Position numbers and translations under genes: made by a program. Of a stretch of DNA of 64,000 bases, positions 44,482 through 58,254 are shown piece after piece; the stretch's first letter is position 1, and each line of letters starts with the position of its first letter. Under the pieces are notes generated by a model, which saw only the letters and a program-made list of their open reading frames with translations, was not told the origin of the DNA and ran no database searches. Origin of the DNA: Blastocystis sp. Blastoise (taxonomy: Eukaryota; Protista; Bigyra: Opalinata); assembly GCA_039096225.1 (NCBI GenBank), contig JBBPEB010000004.1:806001-870000 (forward strand), given 5' to 3'.

Positions 44482-45152
44482 CAGACGTTCTCAGGTTCTT
44501 GTGGAAAAGTGTCGGACGATAGTGGAAAAACGACTTTTTCACTATGGAAAAACTAACAAATAATAATGGAAAAATGACTTTTTCATTGTGGAAAAACGTC
44601 TATAATTTAGTGGAAAAGTGTATTTTGATTGTGTACTTTTTTAAATTTATTATTACTTATATTTCGGTAATTTTCTCTATATGATGTGTAATTTTTAATT
44701 TTAAAGAATATACATGTATTTAAATATCATATTTTTATAAATAAACCATTAAAACGTGATTTATAAGTTTGACCAATATTGAATATTTCAAAATATATAT
44801 ATATGTATTCTGTTTTATTGAGTATAAATATAGCAAACTAAGATATATTTATTCCTTTAGATCCATGAAGAATTAGAGAATTATCACATTCTCGATTTGT
44901 TTCAGAAAATAAACTATATATTTTCTTCAAAGCCACAACTAACATCTCTCATTACGAGTGAAGACACTTTTATTTGTCTAACGTCTTTAATTATGAATAT
45001 ATTAAGAAAAATACATTTTTCCACTAAATTATAGACGTTTTTCCACAATGAAAAAGTCATTTTTCCATTATTATTTGTTAGTTTTTCCATAGTGAAAAAG
45101 TCGTTTTTCCACTATCGTCCGACACTTTTCCACAAGAACCTGAGAACGTCTG
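44482..45152. mobile_element. Non-autonomous TIR element (MITE-like), 671 bp, 145-bp TIRs starting CAG, TA target duplication
   Basis: 44482-44626 is the reverse complement of 45008-45152 with one mismatch; TA at 44480-81 and 45153-54; no transposase. Confidence 0.9.
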
Positions 45153-45928
45153 TATTCCTTTTTTAGTAAATGATTGTCGACTTCCCGTAGAAAAATACAA
45201 TCTCCATTTTTTCCTATAAAATAATGGAAGTCTTTTTTTCCGTATGTAGATGTTAATTGTGTAAACAATAAATATTCATGGTTATTTCCGTATTATAAGG
45301 ATCTCATACATTAGAATCACGAGAATTATTTTTACATATGAATTAAGGAACATCTCAACAAATTATTAAGATCACAGGAATTCTCTGATATCTTTTGTTA
45401 GGTATCTCATCTCCATTGTTTAATGTCAATAAAAAATCATGAAAATAATATTTTTTTAAGGGACATTTTTTTTATGAAACACTCTCTATAAAAAAACAAA
45501 AAATCGCTTAAAGTTTTTTATGTTTTCTTTCTTTCGATTTGATATATCTTATTATTTCTTGATATTCCTCTTTCATCCATATTGTATTTATAAATTAAAT
45601 CTTTCATCAATTTATATATTATATTCGTTGGCTTATTTATTGTTATTCTCGTCTTTTTGTCACCATTATTATGTGTTGTTCATTCCTATTTTTGTGTATT
45701 TACAATGTTGTTAATATACATATTGATAGCATTGAAAGCTTACTTTTACTTTATGATTATTATTCACATTGTTCATTACTTTTTTTTATTATTTGTTCTC
45801 TTATGTCTATATATTTCTTTATGCTTATATTTTTATTTATAGGCAAATTTATAAGTAGAGATCAGTTTTATCTCAAAAAAAAAATCAAATCATTTCCAAT
45901 TTCTAATATATATCTAGAAGAGAGTAAT

Positions 45929-48900
45929 ATGGAAGAGGATATTAAAAATGAGAAAATAATTCATAGAGATTTTGAAGCACGATTAGTATGTTAATGTTTT
46001 ATTTTTTTTTTTTAATTATTATTGACTTTTTAATATTTTGTAGATATATTTTTTAAAGTATTTTTTTTAAATATTTATTTAAAACTATTAATATTTTTTA
46101 AATTATTATTTTATTATGTCATAATGACTTGCTTTTATTTATTTACTTGTTTATTAGGTTAGAATGAATATGGATAATAATAATAAGCGCGAGAATGTTT
46201 TATTTGATGAGATAGAATATCCAAAACATAGACGAAAAGGTGTGGGGAAGAAATCATTGAAAAGTGAGCAATCTATGCCAAATGGTGAATGGAATAAAAA
46301 AGAGAATCTTCCAGTTATCCTTCAGAAATGGTGTAATTCGGAAGGTTATTTAAATAATTCCGTTCTTCAACGAAAAATATATACAAAAGAGTTTAATTCT
46401 GTTATTGAAACTGAAGTAGCTCAAAGAGCACAACAATTAGTGTATTTTATTATTATTATTTATTTATTATTATTATTGTATTTATTATTATTTTTTTTTA
46501 TTATTATTATTATATTATAGGAATAAATTAATTCAAGATCCTGATTATACATATAAAATAACAAGTATTCTATATATATATATATCTTCTATTCTATTAT
46601 AAATATTATCATTAAATATTTAGAAAATTCTGTATATAAACCTTCATCTCCTCAATATGTATATATATATTATTCTACATAGAAATAATTCATAATAAAT
46701 ATTGTTTTCAATGTATATATATATACTCTATAGGTAGTATGGTCACCTCAAATGGATTTAGATTTATTTAATTCAATGTTAGATTTTATGTATCAGAGTA
46801 ATACATGGAAACAAAATAAGAAATTAAATTGGTCATCTATAGCAAGAAACTTTTTTTTACGATCTAAAGATATTTCAGATAAACACAATTCTAAAAAAGA
46901 ACCTGATTTACTTGATTTAAGAAAATTAGGTACTAAACTGAATTCTAGGTTTACTCGTTGTGTCTATGGGAATACTAAAGAGTATTGTATTATTCTTATA
47001 GTCTTATTTTTATTTTGGATTATAGTGTTATATATATATTTTTTTATTTTTATTTTTATTTTTATTTTTATTTTTATTTTTATTTTTGTTTTCAATTTTA
47101 TCATCTTTCTAATTTATTCATCTTTTTTTATTCGTATTTTTTAATTATAATCAATTGCAGATGCTATATTATTATTTATTTATACATAATAATTATTGAT
47201 TGATTAGATATATCTATCTTTATATACTCTCTTTAGTCCATGTACACCAGAAGAAAAAGAGGCTATTTTATATTTATATTATAATGGATATTCCTATGCT
47301 AGTACTAGCTTTGTATATAATTAATTATTATTCTACTTATTAATATATATATATATAGTATTTAAACCGTCGTTCTGCAGATTGGGTCCATGGAATGATA
47401 AGGAAATTCGTATATTATATATTTTATATAACATTATATATTATATATATTAAATAACATTATATATTTTATATTTTATATAACATTATATATTTTATAT
47501 TTTATATAACATTATATATATTAAATAACATTATATATTATATAGAATCCTAAAATAAAGCCGATGAGTGAAGAAGAAGTAGTTGAATTTAATGAGGATA
47601 TCGATATAGATATAGATATCCCTGAAAAAGAAAAGAAAATAAATACTATAAAGAAATCGTTGATGAGAAAGTATTCCCCTGTTACTTCAGTGAATGAATC
47701 GGAATCATTTTATTCTGATAGTACGTTATCATCAACTAAAGGATCGAAGCAGTCTACTTATAAACATGAACCATTATATTTATCCAAAAACAATAGGATG
47801 ATGTCTGATTCATTCTATACACGATCCAATTCAAATAACAATATACAGCTTGAGACATCTTCGTTGTCTTTAAGTTCTGAATCAATTCCATATTCGAATA
47901 ATATGTTTACTACAAATATATCACTTGAAGATAATAAACAACAATCTATATTATCTTCAACAAATAAAACAACAAACCCAGTCTCTTCTTTGTCTAAGAA
48001 ATTGGAATCTGTGCAATCGAATCCTAATTTAACATTATCAAATAATAATAAGTCTTCTTCAAATAATCGTTCAACTATTATTTCTCTTCGAATTAGAAGA
48101 CCTCTATCTTCTAATACTAGTAGTCCATTTACTCATAACTCTAACCCGTTAACTTCTAACAATATACCCTCTATAATATCTTCTTCTCCTTCTATTCCTC
48201 CTCCTATTATATCTATTACAGATTCCACTACTACTCATAATCATAATATCGTTTCTTCTTCCTCTCACTCTTCTTCAATAAACTCAAATACACTTGATTC
48301 AGCAAATACTTCGAAGAATGGATCACCATATGTAGATTTTAATTTATTTAATTCCTATCATATAACTACATATAACCCTGAAGACATGTCTGTACTTCAA
48401 CAATCTCTTGTTGAACCCTCTATTAATAAGAATTCTTGTAGTACAATTGCTTATATACATGGCAATCCAATCAATATATTTAATGAAGATCAACAATCCT
48501 CTACATATTCGTCTTTAAATACATCTCTAGAAACTTCACAAATCAATAAGAATAATTCTACTATAAATGACAATAGTATCAATAATTTAAATACTTCTTC
48601 TATATCTCCTCCTATAGGAATAAATAACATTATTATAAATGATCAAGAACCTTCATTATGTGAACCTATTTGTAATAATATAAATCCTGTTATAGATACA
48701 ACAAATAAAAATAATACAGATATCGATTCAACACATATTATTAATAATAATGTATTATCTCTTCAGAATTCGGAAATAATAAAAGATGAAATTAAAACAT
48801 ATACAAAAGATACTCTAAACACTATAAAAAATGATGATGATAAATCTATTGAATCTTTTGGTGAACATACTAAAACATCTTCAAATAATACTGACTCTTT

Positions 48901-49330
48901 TTCGTCACATTCTGTCTATGATACACATTCTATAGATATTGATATCAATGAATCTTGCTCTCCAATGGAACTTGAAAATAAATCGAATATTCAAGAAGAA
49001 GAAGAAGAAAATTTGATTTCAGATACATTAGTTGACTTCAATTCTAAAGAAGAAAAACAACATTTTCTACCTGATACATTTCCTACTTTAAATAAAAAAG
49101 AGAATACTTCAAATGATTCCCAAATGATTATTCAAATTCCAATAGACATAAATGAAATCAATGATATAGAATCATCTTCATCAAATATTGGTTTTCTTAA
49201 AACACCATCTATTGATAGTCTTTCAAGTCTAAATTCTAATAAGGATCAATCTAGTATTCAAGAAAAATCAATTGATTTAGATCTTTCTACAAATCATAAC
49301 ACATCTGAACCTGAAAAAACAAAAGAATAA
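45929..49330 (+). CDS. Myb/SANT-like repeat protein with long S/N-rich C-terminal region
   Basis: ATG at 45929; spliced exons give VWSPQMDLDL..LNWSSIARNF and PCTPEEKEAILYLYYNGYSYASTSF|YLNRRSADWVHGMIRKF; terminal exon is ORF 47564-49330. Confidence 0.6.
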
Positions 49331-50125
49331 TATTGATAGTAACGTCAATGAATATCTAAAGAACGAGAATGAATGCTGTTTAACTACAACTGATTCTAAG
49401 ACAAAAAAAGATTACAATAAATAACTTCAATTAATATCATTATATATAAATATCATCTTTTTGTTTTTCTTTTTAACTTTTGCTATCTTATCTTCTTCTT
49501 CTTTCTTTTTTCTTTTTTTTTTCATGAATAAAGTTTCTTTTTTATATATTAATCTTATCAACATAATAGAAATACTTCATCAATATCTTAGAAATCAATT
49601 CTATTAAGGTGGATCATTCTAGTGTTGTTTGGTGGCTTTCTAATTTTCTTTTCTTTATTTTTTTTATCTTTCACTTTTTTCTTTTGATGCATTTTTATGT
49701 GATGCTATTCTATGAGATTCCTTGTCATTTTATTTGGGCTTGTAAATATTTATTTTTTATTTCTTACTTATTAATTACGTGTTAATCGTTTTAATGTTAT
49801 CTTTTTTTTGTTTTATTTATTATATTATTATTGATCAGAAGTCAGAATAATCGTTCAGGAATCATTCATATATAATAACATAAATAAAAACTGAATACAA
49901 ATAAAAAAAAATAGAAAAATCAATGGAACAAAATAGAAGAACGCCTCAAATTGAATGAAGAGAAAATCATTGAATAAACATGTTTTTTTAATATTTTTTT
50001 AACGTCTCTTTAAAGTCGTTTTTCCATAGAAATTCGTATAGAAATGAAAACGATGAATCCTTTTTGTTTCTCGCCTTTTGTTGGATATTGTTGTCATAAC
50101 AATAAAAGGCTTGTAGCATACTATT

Positions 50126-51961
50126 ATGCATATATTCTTAATTCTCATTTGCATATTTGTGATTGGTATGATAGTCCTTAATCAATTATAATGTCTTAGT
50201 TAACACTGAACAAATCTGCAAAGGAAATGACAATTTGGTAACATTTCAACTCTTTGGTCTAGATTCTATCGATCATCATTCATTCTCTCTAAGTGATCTC
50301 CATGATCAATCTCTAATGAATTTAAATAATTGGAACTTGTCTTCAAAAATATCCTCTTCTTTTTCCTATTCTTTATGTCTCCATGCATCAGACTATGTAT
50401 TATCTTCAAAGAAAATGTATTCTTGTTTTTCTTTTAATAATTATAATTATAAATGCCTCTTTTTTTGTATTTTCTAGAGATACTATTTCAATTCCTAATC
50501 TTTCTCACATCCATATTGAGTCAAATGAGCATTCTTTGTTATTCAAAGAATTTGATGGTAATATCTCACAATTATCTTTCTCATGTATGCTTTTTTTATT
50601 TTATTTTTATTTTAGTTTTATTTTATTTTAATTTTATTTTATTTTTTTATTTTTATTTTAGTTTTATTTTATTTATATTTTTTTATTTTATTTTAATTTT
50701 AATTTTATTTATTTTTTCTTTTTTATTTTATTATTATTATTTTTCATAAAGAAATTATAAAATTTATGTTAATTTAATTATATAAATAGTTTCAGTAGTT
50801 GATGTATCTGTACAGTCAAATTCTATAGATACGATTAGAAAACCTATAAATCCTAAGTTAAAGATATCTCATGAAGATCTCTCACCGTCTCTGTCGTTAC
50901 TTCATAGTAACTCTCTTCCATATATACTAGAATCTACTTCTTCTTTTATTAAAAACAATACATCTTATTCATTCAAACAAAATGATGTTTTTTCTCTTCT
51001 TATTTCTCCTGAATCTGAAATGATTCAACCTTTTACTATATATCCCTCCTTACCTGATGGTCTTACGTTCAATAATATTACAGGAGAAATCAAAGGTCAG
51101 TCTTATTATACACATAGTAAAACTCTATATACATTAACTTATAAGAATAGTACTACATCTGAAAATAATGAAATCTTTTTCTATATAAGTATTTATGCAC
51201 CTTATTGTAAAGAGACTGTTCAATGGCCTCGCACAAATGTAAATGAAACTAGAATCATCTTCTGCGGTATATATAGTTATACTATTCAATCAAGAAAATG
51301 TATATATAATCCTATAACAAATGATGGTATATGGGATACATATATGTATAATATTACTTGTCAATCTCAATATCAACTTGTATATAATCGAAATCCTGTT
51401 GAGGGAACTATGTTTATTCAATATCCATTAACTCTTTATGATATATCTAGTGATACTATTGGTCCCTATCAAATCTCTTCCTTACTAAATACTCTCTATA
51501 ATAGTTATGTACATAATAAGAATCCTAATATTACATTAGAAGTATTTTCTATATTATCCATTAAACAAGAATCTAATGAACAGAGTCATCTACGTGCTCA
51601 ACTTATTCTTAATGTACATATACAAGAACAATATCATAATTTCTTTATTCCTTCTTTCTCAACTTATCTTAATACTACTTTTTATTCCGATTTAATACAA
51701 AGTTCTGCTAATTATTTTAAAACTCTCTCTTCTATACAATGTGATGAATCTAATATTATTATTTATTATCATAAAGATTATACAACATTTGTCTTGATAT
51801 TATGTTCTGTATTAGTCATTCTCATTGTTGTTGGTGTTACCTACAAACATGCCTATATCTATTGTCTTTATTTAATAAACAGATATTATTATGGAAAAGA
51901 AATGGCTCAGAAAATCAAGAAGGATGAATGTGTCATCGTACAAACACTTATTAAACCTTAA
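50126..51961 (+). CDS. Type I membrane surface protein: signal peptide, He_PIG/Ig-like module, Cys-rich HormR-like module, TM helix
   Basis: ATG at 50126 MHIFLILICIFVI(V)NT (signal peptide), three GT-AG introns; TIYPSLPDGLTFNNITGEIKG; CKETVQWPRTNVNETRIIFC..SRKC..W..C; TM FVLILCSVLVILIVVGVTY. Confidence 0.82.
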
Positions 51962-52666
51962 ATAATAATAATATATATATGTATATATTAAGAATTATTA
52001 TAGTATCTTCTTTTTCTTCATTCTTTCTCATTGTTTTTTTTTTCTAAAAATACTCATATATATTACATTATAAAATATTTTTTATTTTCTAACTTTTCAT
52101 TGTATTTATTTTTTCACTGATTTCTATTTTTTTGGTATATATAATTGAGAATGTCAAAAACATAAGAAATTAATTACAAAAGTGTGTATATTGTTATAGG
52201 AATAATAATAATTTATATATTTTGATTATTTATTTGAATATATCAAAATAATATTGAATAGAATAATTTATAAACTATTAAAATGAATGTATCAATAATA
52301 AAAGAGTAGAAACAAAAAAAAAGTAAAGCCAAATAAATTATTGAAGCTACATTTAAAAAAATATATATTTATAGATAAGAATGAAAAAAACTATAAAAAA
52401 TATGATAATAAAAGAAAAACGTAGTTTTTTGTAAAACAAGAGCTATATTAAGAAAGAGTTCAAATAATAAATTGATTTACAAAAAGAAAAGCTACAAGTT
52501 AATTTATTTATCATAAATAGTGGAATATATAATAATAGCGAGGAGTTGAGAAGCAAAATAAAAAAAAAATGACAAATAATGAAAAATAGAATATAATATA
52601 TAGATAAATAATTTACAAAAAAAAAATAGAATGATACTAATAATAAGGAAGAACGCTAGTATATTC

Positions 52667-54714
<2,048 letters not shown>

Positions 54715-55644
54715 CCTAAATAATGAAATAAAAATGTTATAAACATAAGTGAAAAGAGATGTATAGAAATAATATACAATATATATATATATATGTATAC
54801 CTTTTTTTTAAAGATGAACTGCAGATTATTAAAAAAAAAGAAATGTTGTAGTTTTTAGAATTCTTTTTAGTTTCCTTTCTATAATGTAAAACTCATGTAA
54901 AATTTTTTAAAAATCATGTTTTGTATTTTTTTTATTGTTATAGAATATACTTTATTTATAATAGATGAAACAAACATGAGGACCCTAAAGAATGACATCT
55001 TTCATTAGTTTTTATGTTCTCAAATTAGGATATATCTGAGTTCTCTCTTCTGATGAATCACATAAGAGATAGTCGTTTATTGGAAATATAGAAAAATTTC
55101 TATTGATACACACAATAACTGAGAAAAAACTTAAAATATAATATTATCTGTATAATATTTGTTATGCTTGTAATAAAAAAATTTGCAGATACTATGAAAT
55201 ATACATGCATTATGTGATTAAAACAAAATAAAACAAACAAAAAGTCTTGTTTGGAATTGTGATAAATACATAATCAGGGAGATGACCGACAAATACGTTG
55301 TCATTAGAAGATGCAAATCATTTTCTTAGGAATTTCTCTTGTTACCCTTTTCATCTTGGAAAAATCATGAATTCGCATAACTGACTCTCTTGTCCTTGTT
55401 GAGTAGTAGGTTTTTGTATTTCAAGTAACAGATAGAATGACGGTTATTATTAGTGTTCCTAGTATAATTTTACTTTTGTGTATTATCTTCTTTTTGAGAT
55501 TCATTGTTGGTGAGTTTAATTTCAAAAAAATATGTGTCAAAAATCAAAACCACAATATTTGTATTTAATGTATTCTCTCTATACATACGTTTCATTATTC
55601 ATTCTTTTTTATTTGAAATTACTGATATACTGTACTGTGAACGA

Positions 55645-57369
55645 ATGAATGAGTTTATCGATGAAGTTAATATGTAATTATATATAAATGCCGTATTTTT
55701 TAATTTATTTCATTAAATAGAAATAAAAGATCTCTTGAGAATTGTTTTATATGGGATGAGAAGACGAAAGAAGAACTAGATGATGAAGAAAGTCAACAAT
55801 GTTTACAAGAAATGGAAATGAAAGACTATCCTATCTTTGAATTTCATCCTATTTTGGCATTACATCCATCGTATCTTAGAAGATTTAATGAAATTGATAA
55901 TTTTATATTTAATGGTAGTGGAATCCTTCCCTTACGTTGGAGATATCAGATTGCTTTACTATGTTGTGCTCAATGTAATTGTGATTATCTTATTGCAAAG
56001 TATCTTCATCTATCAGGATTACAATTTGATGAGCTTATTGATTATGAAGTATTAGAATTATATCCACTTATATGTATTATATGTAATCATATATCGGATA
56101 TTTCTTCATCGGATATTGAGCCACTAATTAATAATCAAGATTGGACAACTTCAGAATTAATTCAAATACTTGTTTTATGTAGTCATGTGATAACATTATG
56201 TTCTTTTTGTTTTGCTGTTGGTATATCTATAAATGATACCCCAAAATCTCTTTCTCAAGAATATCAATTCAATATACAAATATCAAAAGATGAACATAAA
56301 CAGAAGGAAGACTCCGATTCATCTTGTATGTTTTATTATATTAAACTTATTATTCTCTATCATATTTATCCTTCTAATATATATATATATATATTTAGCT
56401 ATTTTAAGGGAATTAAAAGAATATGAAGATAATTTAGAGAATAATTTACAGAATGGTAATGATATTCAAAATATACATGAAGATTACCATGATTATTCTA
56501 TGAATATGATGAATAATAAAAATTATAATATAGATAATAATAAAGATTATAATAATAATAATAATAATAAAGATAATAATAATAATAAAGATAATAATAA
56601 TTATAATAATAATAAAGGTCCTTTGTCACAGGCATCTCTCTATATATCATCAAAAGGAAATGATATTAAGAAGAAAAATAATGATTCACGTATATATTAT
56701 ATATATTTTATATACTCTATATTATAAATATGTTCATATATCTCCTCAATATTCTAACAATATTATATTTCTAAAGATCGTAGTTCCTTAACAAGTCGTC
56801 TATCTACTGTTATTCCATTGGGATATTTAAGTGAACGTTTTTATTCATTTACTCAACCTCTAGCGCATCTTTCTCATAATCAATTATTTATTCTCAATAA
56901 AAAACTAGATACTATTAATAATAACTTATTACTATTTAACGTTTATAGCTGGGATAATCATGGATATACATTATTATCTCGTTATTATTCACATTATGCT
57001 ATTCTTCAAGATGAAATGTTTAAACATATTTCTTCTTTAACGTATAGAACATTTAGTAAATTAGTTAATGTAGATACTTCTTTATTTAGACATGCTATTT
57101 GGAATTATACTCAGAAAGTTATTGGTATTACTCATCCTGATTATGATTTTAGCTTATTATGTAAACAATTATCTCCTACTGTAATGCTATTCATTCAATT
57201 AATTATTCAATGCCCTATTCTTATTCAAAAGAAAGACTTTGATCAACTATCCTTAGATCTATCAAATAGTGAACGTTGTCATATCATCTTATTATCTATA
57301 GAAAGCTATAAACAAGGTCTATTGCTCTATGGCCTAAGAGCTATATCCAGTTTCTTAGAACATGTATAA
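55645..57369 (+). CDS. SESN: Sestrin (PA26 family)
   Basis: ATG at 55645, three introns; HPSYL..GILPLRWRYQIALLCCAQCNCDYL; WTTSELIQILVLCSHVITLCSFCFAVGI; YSWDNHGYTLLSRYY; LTYRTF..VDTSLFRHAIWNY; SERCHIILLSIES..LLYGLRAI. Confidence 0.95.
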
Positions 57370-58254
57370 ACAAAATAATTTCTATCTATTTAATATTTAT
57401 GATTCTTCTCTATTGTTTTTTTTTTGTAAATTATTATAGTATATATTTATATATCTTTCTATTAAATTGCTTTTATGTAGTCTCTTTTTTTTTTTACCTA
57501 AAAAGATTCTATTCATTTATATATTTAGTTATATCTATATGTTTTTTTTATTGATATATCTAATGTTTATTATTTTCTAATGAAAGAACTTTGCTTTTAT
57601 TATATAGTTTCTTTTCTCTTTTTCTAAATTTTTTTCTTTTCATTTTTCATTTTTTTTTTCATACAACTAATAGTTTTATTTTTATTTTACTGTTCTTTAT
57701 TCAAATTATATTCAAATTATATATTTATATGTATATTTGTTATGGATTGTGATTTCTTGTTTTATATATATATTTTGTTTGTTTTTATTTTCAAACAAAA
57801 GTTAAATGAAATGCTTATAGTTTCCAGATAACTTTATATAATATAAAAATCAGTATACAATAGTTGTTTTACTCATAACATTAGAAAAAATATGTTTTCA
57901 TTTATTACTTGAATAATTTATATTCTATATAGAGTTTTTGATGTTGGAATATACTAGTTAATATGTGAATAGAACAACGAAATAAAATTAATTAATGTGA
58001 CGATTCAATAATATTCACATTTTCTAGATGTTTCTAGAGATCTTCTATTTTTGATGAATAGAAAAAGAATATAATCAAAAAAGTTGTGATAATTAAATAA
58101 TATTACGTGAAAAATAATATTCTGTAAAATATGGAAAAAGAAAAAGAATCACAGGAGAAAACTGAAAGTTCTCTGGGAATTTCATGAAAACAATTTACTT
58201 GTTCATTCTTCTATATAAAGTATTCATAAAAAAGGAGTATTATTAAATATAATT

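Noticed and set aside
44501-44620. Regularly spaced TGGAAAA repeats suggesting a CRISPR-like array
   Set aside because: Repeat is only ~8 bp with ~13-bp spacers, mirrored in the opposite TIR, in a eukaryote with no cas genes; explained as TIR substructure
54900-55600. Moderately complex intergenic sequence between the TLDc gene and sestrin
   Set aside because: No ORF, repeat or RNA motif I could support
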